Shown here piece after piece: positions 22,137 through 32,648 of a DNA stretch of 62,789 bases. The translations under genes were made by a program, and so were the position numbers. Location: NCBI GenBank assembly GCA_003707115.1, contig PPNB01000034.1, positions 1 through 62,789 of the forward strand, given 5' to 3'. Origin of the DNA: Tortispora ganteri. Lineage: Eukaryota. The stretch's first letter is position 1. Each line of letters begins with the position of its first letter. The notes under the pieces were generated by a model. That model saw only the letters and a program-made list of their open reading frames with translations. It was not told where the DNA came from and did not search any database.

Positions 22137-23816
22137 ATGCTGCTGCGCAGATACCACATTAAGAGGCTTGCACCTTTGGTGTTTCTTTGTTTTCTGTTAC
22201 TTTTTTACTACAGAAAGGCGATCTCTAACCTCTCAAACAGCCATGGGCTGCACGCGAACCAAACACCGGCAACGCACCCGCTCCAGGATATTCAGCTTCA
22301 GTCCTGTCGTATGTCCTGTCCTGATCCTGTACAGCCATGGTTCTCCATAAACAAAGACGCATATCTGGGACAGAGCTGGTCTATTCTACGTATGAACGCT
22401 ATAAGACTGCGCAAGGAGTACCAGCCAGAAGACGTCATCATAACTGACATCTTTGTAGGTCAGTCTCCTGAAGGCGTTCCAGGCTTGATCCCTCCTAAAT
22501 GGGAAAAACGGGGCAACAATCTTTGGATAGCTAGAGCAACAATTAAGAAACTCATGGAAGAGCTTTCTGTAACCGAAAGCGAGCTCTTTGATCTTGTAGT
22601 CACTGATATAACGTTCCTTTATGGTGATGACGCAGTTGATCCTCGACCCTCTTGGAACCTCAGCACGTCGCATATATCACATTCAAGTGCCCGCGTTTCT
22701 GTGCGACGAGGCTCTCCAGTATCTCCAGAACCGCTCGTGCTGCGCGCTAACCCGCACCAACCGTTCAAGATCCTACAAGCCGCAGATTTGCATTACAGCA
22801 CTCTCGAGGGCAAATGCCGCGATCCTGTCCCGTTGGCTCCTGGCGAGCATTGCAAGGCTGATCCGCGAACAAATGCTTTCTTTGAGCGCATTTTAGATGA
22901 CGAGAAACCCGATCTCGTAGCTTTTACAGGAGACCAGATCGGAACTGGCACACCAAAAGACCTTCCCGATCCAGAAACCGCTCTATTCAAGGTCCTCAAT
23001 CCTGTTATTAAACGGAAAATACCCTTCATATTTATTGAAGGAAATCATGATGACGAATCCGTCATGTCACGTGAGCAAATAATGAATATAGTTTCTGAAA
23101 TGCCTTACTCTCTGGCCTCACCCGGACCTGAAAATGTCGACGGGTTTGGCAATTACGTGGTACCTGTGCTGGCGCCTAAAAACGATCACGTTGCCATCTC
23201 CCTTTACGCCCTCGATAGTCATGCATACTCTAGAGACTCTTCTGTCTCCGGATATGACTACATCCACGAAAACCAGTTCGAGTTCCTGTTTAACAAATCT
23301 CATGAACTTCGGGAAGCTTCTGAAGCATACACACATATCCATCTTAGCATGGCATTCTTGCATATACCTCCTGCTGAAACTCTAGATACTGCTATTCCGC
23401 GACTTGGCGCCTATCTCGAACCGAGCACTGCTTCACCGATTAACCCAGGAACTGCTAAAATGCTTGCTTCCATCGGCGTGAGCGTTGTCGCTTTCGGACA
23501 TGACCATGCTAATGACTTCTGTGGTTACTCCGCCAAGGACTTTCACCTCAATACTGTGCTATCGCCTATGATTCCGAAAACTCCCAGAACTCCAATATGG
23601 CTCTGCTACGGCGGTGGATCAGGTCTGGGTGGTTATGGCGGTTACGGCGGATACGTACGAAGAATGCGCATCTTTGAAGTCAACCCGAATGTGGGCATGA
23701 TCAAGTCTTGGAAACGGCTTGAAGCTGGAAACATAAATGAAAGAATCGACGAACAGGTACTGGTCGAGAACGGCCAACTCGTCAAATCGTACTCTGAAGA
23801 TCTTTCGCTGGAATAG
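22137..23816 (+). CDS. DCR2: Calcineurin-like metallophosphoesterase, Dcr2 family, with N-terminal TM
   Basis: FKILQAADLH, FTGDQ, GNHD, AFLHIP, GHDHAND and GGYGGYGGYVRRMR motifs; ATG at 22137. Confidence 0.85.
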   Translation: MLLRRYHIKRLAPLVFLCFLLLFYYRKAISNLSNSHGLHANQTPATHPLQDIQLQSCRMSCPDPVQPWFSINKDAYLGQSWSILRMNAIRLRKEYQPEDVIITDIFVGQSPEGVPGLIPPKWEKRGNNLWIARATIKKLMEELSVTESELFDLVVTDITFLYGDDAVDPRPSWNLSTSHISHSSARVSVRRGSPVSPEPLVLRANPHQPFKILQAADLHYSTLEGKCRDPVPLAPGEHCKADPRTNAFFERILDDEKPDLVAFTGDQIGTGTPKDLPDPETALFKVLNPVIKRKIPFIFIEGNHDDESVMSREQIMNIVSEMPYSLASPGPENVDGFGNYVVPVLAPKNDHVAISLYALDSHAYSRDSSVSGYDYIHENQFEFLFNKSHELREASEAYTHIHLSMAFLHIPPAETLDTAIPRLGAYLEPSTASPINPGTAKMLASIGVSVVAFGHDHANDFCGYSAKDFHLNTVLSPMIPKTPRTPIWLCYGGGSGLGGYGGYGGYVRRMRIFEVNPNVGMIKSWKRLEAGNINERIDEQVLVENGQLVKSYSEDLSLE

Positions 23817-23944
23817 CCGTGAGGCAACCATCAACGTCTTGCTTTCCACTATATGTGGTTACGAACTACGTACATGTTACATTACTGCACAAAAATTGGA
23901 CATTGAAAAATCATTACATTCTCTAACTTATATAGACTAAATGC

Positions 23945-25609
23945 TTAAACTTTCTGACGCTTGGATGACGGCTCGTCATCTCCTGACTCATCCATTTCCG
24001 CATCATCGTCATCGCCTTCGGTCTGCGCGTCTTCCTCCTCACTTCCAGAAGAAGACATAGGCGCGTTTTCATCGTATTCTTCTGCCACATCGCCGTCAGA
24101 CGAATCAGCATCAAAATCCTCATCTACCGACTCGTCATCATCAGCAGCAGATCCGCGATCGTAGTCTTCGTCATCGCTATCGCTCTCCTCTGCTAGTACC
24201 GCTGCAAGTCGTTCTTGATCGTCTACCAAGTCGTTCTTGACCCTAATGTTCTTTGACGTCAAGAATGTCTCTAGCGAAGCAAGCTCATCACGTAAAATGT
24301 TGGAGAACTGATGGTTCGGCCCCGAAATGAGAGTAATAGTAAGGTCAAATGTTCTAGACGATGTAGACGATGTGCCTACTCGTGACACAGTCACAAACTG
24401 AATGTTTCCATACGGAATAAACACAGTGGGTTTCGGAACAAACAAAAAACTCTTTTCTAGAGGATACAGGTATCCTTCAGAAGCCTTCAATGAACACTTC
24501 AAGCCAGGTTGGCCGTGTAGTGACCTAAACGCACCAGGAACAAGCATGCGCTTATCGGAAAGGCCACGGAAGACTTGGGCAACGACCTCATAGGCGGCTT
24601 GATCGTAATGTGGTTTGAGTCGGTCTTTAAATTTGCTCTGGAGCTCATCGTCTTCCAAATTCAAGTCAATCTCTAGCTCGTCATCGCGCAAAAATTGCAT
24701 GACCAAAAATGGATATCTAGTCTGGCCTTGCCGTAGTGGAGGATCGATATGGATAATCAGTAAGTTATGTAGATCATCAGGCTTGGGAAGAAGAAACATG
24801 CGTTGAATTGCAGAATATTGAACTTTGTAGTCGTACGTTTTGCCACGTAAACGGAACGCATCGGCAAACATCTCGATGTCAAAGCGGCCTCTAGGCGTAA
24901 GGAAAAGAATTTCTGAGAAAGATGCAATTGCCTGGGTATTAGCATCGCTGATATCGGCTTTCTCTTTAAGCGTCTCATAGAAAGCTTCAGCTGCAGTCAT
25001 GTCGTCAGCAACATCCACGTCCTGCTCTTCGTCCTCGACAGCAGTGGTTCCAGGAATGTAAAATCTCATGTCCACAATCTCGTCACCGGCAGTGGCGCGT
25101 CGTTTGCCAGGAACAGTGTTTTCAAGGTTGAATTCGACCGCGACCTCGTTTTTGCCTACAAGATTGGAATTTCCCACAAAAGAATACGGAATTTCAAACA
25201 CCGGTTTCCCCGCCACTTGCATTACAAGTTCGTTGCGTTCAAAGTCCATACGACCCCAATTCCATCCGCGAACTGAGTGCTCGCGTACTTCTAAGGTCAC
25301 TGCCAGCTGTTGGCGAAGCGTAGACTTCAGCTCCTCCAAGTCTTCCACCTCAAAACCATCAAGCATCACAACTCCCCGATTGTTTGTCTGCAGGCGGCAT
25401 TCGTATCCGCGAGCCGCACGCGACCATGTCGCCGCCAGTATCTCTGAAGAAGGCAGCAAGAAGGGCTCTGTCAGCGACTGCGGGAACTGGTCTGGACTCA
25501 CTCCAGATGGTAGTATCGCCTTCCATCCAAGTCCAGAATTAGCGATTCTCACACTACCAGCATATCTCGACTGATTCAAGTAGATATCGTCAAATTGTGC
25601 CGTGGACAT
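23945..25609 (-). CDS. POB3: FACT complex subunit (SSRP1)
   Basis: RGWNWG, LTPRGRFDI, RLRGKTYDYK and PPLRQGQTRYPFLV motifs; acidic tail. ACGCGT (MCB) at 25652-25657 upstream. Confidence 0.97.
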   Translation of the reverse strand: MSTAQFDDIYLNQSRYAGSVRIANSGLGWKAILPSGVSPDQFPQSLTEPFLLPSSEILAATWSRAARGYECRLQTNNRGVVMLDGFEVEDLEELKSTLRQQLAVTLEVREHSVRGWNWGRMDFERNELVMQVAGKPVFEIPYSFVGNSNLVGKNEVAVEFNLENTVPGKRRATAGDEIVDMRFYIPGTTAVEDEEQDVDVADDMTAAEAFYETLKEKADISDANTQAIASFSEILFLTPRGRFDIEMFADAFRLRGKTYDYKVQYSAIQRMFLLPKPDDLHNLLIIHIDPPLRQGQTRYPFLVMQFLRDDELEIDLNLEDDELQSKFKDRLKPHYDQAAYEVVAQVFRGLSDKRMLVPGAFRSLHGQPGLKCSLKASEGYLYPLEKSFLFVPKPTVFIPYGNIQFVTVSRVGTSSTSSRTFDLTITLISGPNHQFSNILRDELASLETFLTSKNIRVKNDLVDDQERLAAVLAEESDSDDEDYDRGSAADDDESVDEDFDADSSDGDVAEEYDENAPMSSSGSEEEDAQTEGDDDDAEMDESGDDEPSSKRQKV

Positions 25610-25792
25610 CGCGCTGTTGTGCTGACTTCTGTGAAGGTAAAAGGCGAATAGACGCGTTGGTGAATTTAAAAGTAACTTACCCGGCTTGTACTACTACCAC
25701 TCCACCACCGCGGCCTGTCTTGCTGTCGCATTTTAATGCTCCATTTCACACATTAATCATTATATTAATTACCTTACCATTATATGTTGCTA

Positions 25793-27469
25793 TTAAACCA
25801 AAGCCTCCCATCCGCCGCCTAGCAGGTACAGCATCCTCCAGCTGCCCAGTAGACATCCAGTGATAGCTGATGCTCCTACCAATGTCCCTATCAGCCGCCA
25901 TCCCAAGGTCTCCGCATTGAGAAGTATATCCTCCAAATTCAGGGGATCTCGGCAATGGACTGCAGGTGGCGGCAATGTCGTGTACTGTTGTATCGTTTTG
26001 CATTCGTTATTGAACTCCGCAGAATCAACAACGTAGATTTTGCCATCTGGCCTCACTATCATCGGCATTTCCTCCGATTTGTTAATTGAGTAGTTCGCCG
26101 TCAACATTCGAAGATCATTGGGGTCCAAGCTGTTTGAGGAGTTCCTTCTACGCTCAAGACGAACCGATTGCTCTAATTGACGCACCCATTGTGCTAACTC
26201 TGCCTGCATGAGTTTCTGCTGTAATCGCGATCGATCAACGATCGAATCAAGGTATGGGGACGTATGTGTTCCATGACTGAGAACAAGTTGCGCTGAACAC
26301 AGCGTACCAGAAATAATCCTATCGCTCCTCCACTCTAAAAACCTCTGTGCCGATATATGTCTAAACCATGATGCTGTATCTTCCAGGAACATTCTGTTGT
26401 AGAACTCGTCTAGGTCAGAGTCAACTAAACGAGTAGCTGCGTCAAGTGGATTGTACCCGGACGCCATCAAGACGCTAGCGTCCATCTCGATCAATGGATC
26501 TACCATGGCCGAGACAGCAAAAGGCAGGGACCCTTTAGGGCCATTACCTTTCAATTTCTGAAGCACAGTAGAAGGACTGTCATTAAACCAAAAGACTGGT
26601 GCGTCATCCAGCGCATGTACTAGTGTGCATTTTGCATCCAAGAGAGATTCCTCTGAGTCATAAGTATCGGATTTAGTTAAAATAGGGACAACAGGCACAA
26701 ATTTCGACAAGGACGAAATAATTTCGGCATCTGAATCAGTCGGGGAATCTGCAAAGGCGTATAGACATAGATCAACATGGGGCAAACCAGGAGCAGCAAG
26801 AACTGTCATTGCATTAGAGACTAAAGAAGGATCAATGTTTACAGCAGCGGCAGTTCTTTCAAATTGGAAATTGAGATAAGACAGAATGTCGTCAATTGTG
26901 CAGGACGAAGAAGGATCGACAAGACATAAGTTGCGATCCAGCACGGGCTTGTTATCGGTGTCCACCGTGCTATCAGAGCTATATGATTGATTGTTGTACC
27001 CGCAAGACCACCAGGACGGATAAGGTCTCGTTGAAGCGTGAACTTCCAAGAGGCTAGCTCCCTTTACGGTTGATCGAAGATCGGAGGGGTCAAAGTAGAC
27101 AATATGCGGGGAGGTACGAAGTATGGCATGCACAATTGCAGTTTTGCCTGAACACGGAGCACCGACAACAAGGACCTTGAGTTTGGTCAAGTTTCTTCCT
27201 AGTTCTGTGAATGGCTTGAGAGATGCAGACTGCACAGGCAGAGTGGGCATAACGAGATCAGGGGTTGATCCAGAATGGACTGGGGCCAAATCAACCGACC
27301 CTTCAGAATCGCCGGGCACGGAAACTAATGCAAACGACCAGCCCAGCGAATCAGAGCAGTCGGAAAAAGACGGAAAAGAGGAAGGAACTGGAGAAGCGGA
27401 AGGACTTGGCGATGAAGGAGAGCGCGAGGAGTTGAAAGAGGTGGCGGTGTGTGGTCTCTGCGTGTACAT
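25793..27469 (-). CDS. Septin-like P-loop protein with C-terminal hydrophobic anchor
   Basis: G1 GAPCSGKT, VDLCLY, G4 ILTKSD and LPFAVS; G3 is degenerate (LVDPSS). C-terminal DPLNL followed by a TM-like segment. Confidence 0.65.
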   Translation of the reverse strand: MYTQRPHTATSFNSSRSPSSPSPSASPVPSSFPSFSDCSDSLGWSFALVSVPGDSEGSVDLAPVHSGSTPDLVMPTLPVQSASLKPFTELGRNLTKLKVLVVGAPCSGKTAIVHAILRTSPHIVYFDPSDLRSTVKGASLLEVHASTRPYPSWWSCGYNNQSYSSDSTVDTDNKPVLDRNLCLVDPSSSCTIDDILSYLNFQFERTAAAVNIDPSLVSNAMTVLAAPGLPHVDLCLYAFADSPTDSDAEIISSLSKFVPVVPILTKSDTYDSEESLLDAKCTLVHALDDAPVFWFNDSPSTVLQKLKGNGPKGSLPFAVSAMVDPLIEMDASVLMASGYNPLDAATRLVDSDLDEFYNRMFLEDTASWFRHISAQRFLEWRSDRIISGTLCSAQLVLSHGTHTSPYLDSIVDRSRLQQKLMQAELAQWVRQLEQSVRLERRRNSSNSLDPNDLRMLTANYSINKSEEMPMIVRPDGKIYVVDSAEFNNECKTIQQYTTLPPPAVHCRDPLNLEDILLNAETLGWRLIGTLVGASAITGCLLGSWRMLYLLGGGWEALV

Positions 27470-28075
27470 TCGGGTAGACAAGATCTGACGTGACTTTGAA
27501 GTAAAAGCGTAACTCGCGTAACAGGAGCTGAGAGCAGAGCCAAACCAATGATTAAAAAAAACCAGTAATTAGAACACGGTTAGTAACGTTTGATTCAGTT
27601 AATGAGTAAGTAGTAGGCACTCAGAAAAGTGACTTGAAGAGGGGTAGGAGGGGCACGTATTAGATAAGGATGACTATATATGGAGTGGGAGGTGGGAGTG
27701 TATTGGGAGGGCATGGGCATTTGTGATTGGCTGGGTGGATTCGCTGAACACCCCACCATCAACAGAGCCGTTAAGAAACTAACTGTTTCGAAATTAAGAG
27801 CGATGGTCGTCAAGTTGCTGGTTTAGATGGACAATGAAAGACGTCGTTATGGGTTAGATAATTCAGCTGCGTCCTTTTGCGTGCTGCACCAATAGATCTG
27901 TGCAATGTGCTCCAGGCGCATAAGTGCTGAGAAAGCGAAGGCACTGCTAGCGCTAATGGAGGGCAAACAAGCTTGCTTTGTAGTGAACAGTTGCAATACA
28001 AATGCGATCCTCCTTCGCTTTTAGAGCTTACAGGTTTCAGTAAATAGCATCACTTCATAAACATCTCTAGCGCGT

Positions 28076-28336
28076 TTAAGCTGATTTTTTCTTCTTTTCC
28101 TTAGCAGCGGTGCGGACCATAACCATACCGATGAAACTGCCAATAGCGGTGAGTCCGACAAGCAACAAAGCCAAAGGAATTCTAACTGCCCATTCACGAG
28201 CTGGGAAAAATTGGTGTATAGGATTGGGTTCGTCGACAAATGGCAAGATGAGGGCCCAGATTGTGTAGTATACAAACACGACGGTGGCTACTGTGATCAT
28301 TGCCAACCCAACTAACTTGTCAAGAATCGAGTGCAT
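28076..28336 (-). CDS. DPM2: Dolichol-phosphate mannose synthase regulatory subunit
   Basis: LDKLVG...VFVYYTIW...PFVD...FFP..WAVRIP with two TMs and a C-terminal KKKKSA ER-retrieval tail. Confidence 0.9.
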   Translation of the reverse strand: MHSILDKLVGLAMITVATVVFVYYTIWALILPFVDEPNPIHQFFPAREWAVRIPLALLLVGLTAIGSFIGMVMVRTAAKEKKKKSA

Positions 28337-28652
28337 TGTACTTATACTTTGTCAAGATTGCCTACAGACAAAACGTATCCACTAAATGTAGTAAAGCGCA
28401 CGTTCAATTGCTGCAGCGTGTTGGCTTGCGAAAGGAAGAAAAGCGTTGGTCGGTAGAAAATGGAAACCGTGGCGTTTCCGTTGCTATGGGGAATAGCCTA
28501 TGCGTCGCCCCCAAATAGTCTTTCCCCCTCCCTCATATGATCCACGTTGCGTGCGATTAGCTAGCAAACATCTTATCAGCCACCTTAAACGGGCTGGTTT
28601 GCTTACAGATCACATCCAATTCTTTGAATTTATCCTCTTCCTGCTATCTGAT

Positions 28653-30599
28653 ATGCAATTCCCTGCAATATATATACCGTAAGTGTTGATTTGCCTTTGC
28701 AATTCCTAGAAATCGCCTTCTAACACCTATACCAGCCCTGTGCCAGATCGCGAAAGCTTCCTAATCAGATCCGCTAAACGCCTCTTAGGGAATTCCACTA
28801 ATGACAATTCTTCTGATAACGCGCTCAATTCCGTTCAAAATGCTCCTACACGTCCATATGACTCTCCTATAATCGCTGTCAAGTTCGACGCGCGACCTTC
28901 CCTCATTATGCTGGTTTATCGTTTTACTATCGAGATATGGCAATTTAATTCCATGCAACTCAATCTTCTCGCGTGTATATCGGACATCGAAAGCGAAATA
29001 TCTGACGCTTTTTTCATCAATACAGCTGTTGATTGTCCTGATATACGCGTTCTGGTCCAATTCACGCCTTCCTCCACGGACTGTGCGCCTTTCTTCTCGA
29101 CCATTTTTGTCCAGGCGTCCACGCGCATCATAGAAGTCATGCCTGTTGATAAATTATCGCTAGGCAAAAATGTGTTTTTTCCGACACGCAGCCATAAATA
29201 TCATGTTATAGGTACTGATCTCCGCCATATTATAGTTGACGAGTCTGGTGCAATGGCCCAGATCCAACTAGCAATGCCTAGCGAAACTTCAGAGTCTCAT
29301 TTTCATCCATCAGAATACAAGAAACTACCCCTAAATGCACGGTTTGCCGCAGATCACCCACTGATTTCTCTTGCGAAGTCACGGCTTGTTCTTTCCGTGC
29401 CGCCAGATCAGGTATCCAGCATACTCAATGCGTATCCCATGGACAAATGTGCTGATCGCATGGACGTCAAAGGCTCGTCGACAGATTCTATTATGACCCG
29501 AATATTTTCTCATGTAACATGTGCCGCTGCAGACAGCTTTCGACAGGCATCTGGTGCTGGAATTGCTGGCCTGAAGTCATACTGGACTAATAACGCGCCT
29601 GCACCCGATTCTACGGCTATTCTGATACTGGACATTGACAAATCTCAGACATTAGCCATATTCTATCCTCCTGAACCTGTTTCTTATATTTCTCTTGCGC
29701 CTAACGGCTTGTCTCTAGCGACCGCGTCTGCTAGAGGTAACCACGTCTATATTTGGAACCTTCTCTACCTGCCACGATATATTTTGCTTGACCATAAATG
29801 CACAAGAGGCTTTTCCTCGGCCTCTGTTCATCGAATATCGTGGGACTTAGCAAACTCTTTAGTTGCTGTCATGACATCGGCAGGATCTATTCACATGTTT
29901 GGGTTTGGCCGAGAGGCAGTGTCTAAAAGGACAACGTCACCTTTTGGATTAAATCGCGACTCCACGAAACTATGGTCTGTCTCTATGGGTTATACTGACG
30001 GCACATTTAACTTGGCTTCTAATATGTTTGTCGGTTTACGTTCAGGCTGGATCCTGGACTTTTACGACTCGCTCTGCCCATCTGGTCTCCCGGTACGGTC
30101 TGTACAGCTTCCACATGTGAGACTTTCGCGTTCTTTGGATAATATTGCTGCTTCATTTGACCTATATGTACCTGAAACTACTGGCAAAAGCGACACAAGA
30201 GTGGAAGGAATGCTGAACGAAGCGGAACTCGATCCCTCAGGCCCACATGCTCCAATATATTTTGACCGCAACTTCACATTTGGGAAGCTTGCGTGTCCAT
30301 ACAAAAACGGTCAATCTTCTGAGCTTGCGTCATTTGGAATAGGCGAGCACTACCTTAGCACAACTATATACAGTTCTGCCATTACTGATCGTCGATCTGT
30401 GGATGGAGAGGCTCTGACGGCTGCGCTCGACGATTATCTCAATTTTGTGGACGAAACGGAAGTCATGAAGTATACATCCAACACAGCTAACGCTCCAACG
30501 GAGCTGTCAGATGATGTGATCAGCGTTGCAATTACTGCAGAGAATATGACGAAGACGGAATCGTCTGAAACTGTACAATCTGCTGCTATTATTGCCTAA
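28653..30599 (+). CDS. BCAS3/PROPPIN-like WD40 protein, 2 exons, 629 aa
   Basis: Exon 1 28653-28678 and intron 28679-28735 (GTAAGT...CTAAC...CAG) join in frame to the GTG-started ORF. Core VSYISLAPNGLSLATASARG...TRG...VHRISW...TSAGSIHMF resembles Atg18/BCAS3 blades. Confidence 0.65.
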
Positions 30600-30782
30600 A
30601 ATTTTTCTTTCAATTGCTGCGTGGGATCATGTTTGTTTTTCTAGTAATTATGACACTATATAATCATTTAATACTAATAATATAAAAGATGCTGTCGAAG
30701 ACGTTATAGAAGTTACCCGGCTTTCCGAGAGCGAGACCAACTTACCAACCACGTTTGTGTTTCTGCACCAAAGACGCGAAAA

Positions 30783-31280
30783 ATGACTGAATATTCATCG
30801 CTAAAAGTGACTGAATTGAAGGATTTATTGAAAGAGCGAGGACTTTCTGTAAATGGGAACAAACAGGAGCTTGTTTCGCGACTGGAAGAGGCTGATGACG
30901 CATTGAAAGACGGTCCTGCAAAGGCCAGCGAGCCCCAGGCCGACACCGATGCCAAAGTAGAGGAAACAGAAACGAAAGAAGATATAACGGAAGAACCCGG
31001 TAAAGTAGGTGAATCTGGTGAAACAAAAGAACCTATTAAGGAACTCAGCAAGGAAGAAAAAGAGAAAGTGGCAATTGAAGAGCTTGAGAAGCAAATTGCG
31101 CGATCGAAGAGGTTCGGTACCGATGACTGGAAGGAAGCCGAGAAACAGATTGCTAGGATCAAGAAATTTGGGTTAGTTGAGTACAAGCCTACGCGCGAAG
31201 AGGTCAAACTGTCGAAACGCGGTGCAAATCGACGCGGAAAGAGCCATCGTGCGCATCCTTACGAAAGAACTCAAGCCTAG
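30783..31280 (+). CDS. THO1: SAP-domain RNA-binding protein Tho1/SARNP
   Basis: N-terminal SAP domain (YSSLKVTELKDLLKERGLSVNGNKQELVSRL) and repeated R-x-K-[RK]-FG motifs. Confidence 0.85.
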   Translation: MTEYSSLKVTELKDLLKERGLSVNGNKQELVSRLEEADDALKDGPAKASEPQADTDAKVEETETKEDITEEPGKVGESGETKEPIKELSKEEKEKVAIEELEKQIARSKRFGTDDWKEAEKQIARIKKFGLVEYKPTREEVKLSKRGANRRGKSHRAHPYERTQA

Positions 31281-32648
31281 ATATGTGTTGTCGTTTATGT
31301 GCACTAACGAAAAGTTCACCAATCAGAATCGATAATCCTGAGAAAGGTATTATGATTTTGTGGTTTTGCAAAAGATGTGTACCTGCGAGTTGTGTAGTTC
31401 CAGATTGACTATCTACTACTATTTGTGCAGATTAAAACTGCGCAGCGCGATTGCTAACTTCTCGGCTCTCCTTTGCTCTTTTTAAAGCGAAAATGTGGTT
31501 CGAACATTACGGCAATCAAGGTTGTATAACTAATTGTAAAAAAATTGTAAAGATTGTAGATTATAGTTGCGATATATGCGGGACTGCTATTAAATTCGTG
31601 GCGAGATGTTACGATATTTTAGTTCATTTTCGCATATTAAAACTTGTACTGTAATTACTTGGATTCCGTTAGACGCGATATTTTAAAGCAAACACACCTA
31701 CTTTTCAGAAATACGCGTTTAGTTATAAATGAATAACCATTATTTTTTGCAATTTTACTTGTTTTAGCAAGGTATAATGCCAAGATCGGTATTTTGCTAT
31801 TATGACTACACTGGCACATTTTCAACGAAATAGACATAGTACTATGATTCGTTGAAGCTTATTACAATGTCTTGGCATAATAGAATTTGAAAGTTCTTTT
31901 ATAACTGTTCATTAATAACTGTATTTAATGTCCATGCTCCACCAAATTTGGTACTATTTTAAAATAACTTTTGTCAACAATTAACAATTATTTGTATCGC
32001 AGTATAACCTGTACAACTGCTTATTCAAGAAAATTTGTTAACAATCTAAGCCTTATGGTGTTGTAATTCTTGCAAAGTTTATTCTAAATATAGCTTTAGG
32101 GCTAATATCATTGATTAAACCTTAATAAAATTTACAGGTTGGTATAAGCCAATAGACTGTGGGTTCTATTGTTACCACATGCCAAACACTTATGAATTTC
32201 TATGTGTTTGGAATAATGTCGTTACAAGCAAACACGCCACAATATCAAACAAAAATAGCACATATAGACATGTTATGAAGATTAAGACTTTTGAACGCAT
32301 ACTCGTGCAATTTCTAGCTGCTATTCTGCCAGCATGACTCTAGATATCTGATAACTTTATTTTAACTTTTTGTCCACCTCCGGACACAAATAGAAATAAA
32401 GTGCACCAATTGAAGAAACATATAACAACGTACTGACTGGTACACCTCGACAGACCGAACAATAAATAAAATAAAATAAAGACATCAACAGGAAATACCG
32501 AAACGAAGTGTAGTGAACGCGTGCTTATTCTTCAGCTTCTGTTCGCGCTTGTCTTTATTTCTGCTGTAATAGCTAGATAATCCATCGGTTCATCTTCCTG
32601 TACAGCTTTCTTAGTTAACTGTTAATCTCAAACTTGCTTTTGTTTTTA

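Noticed and set aside
27528..27585. Minus-strand TACTAAC upstream of the septin-like gene
   Set aside because: No convincing donor nearby, and the first AG is about 50 nt away, unlike the ~10-15 nt spacing of supported introns here.
32275..32351. ATGAAGA...CTGA with ATTCTGCCA complementary to 25S UGGCAGAAU
   Set aside because: Imperfect box C, only a 9-10 nt match, no room for a C' box after the putative D', and no flanking splice signals.
31281..32648. AT-rich spacer as a centromere or transposon remnant
   Set aside because: No CDE-like elements, terminal repeats, target-site duplications or transposase/RT remnants are visible.
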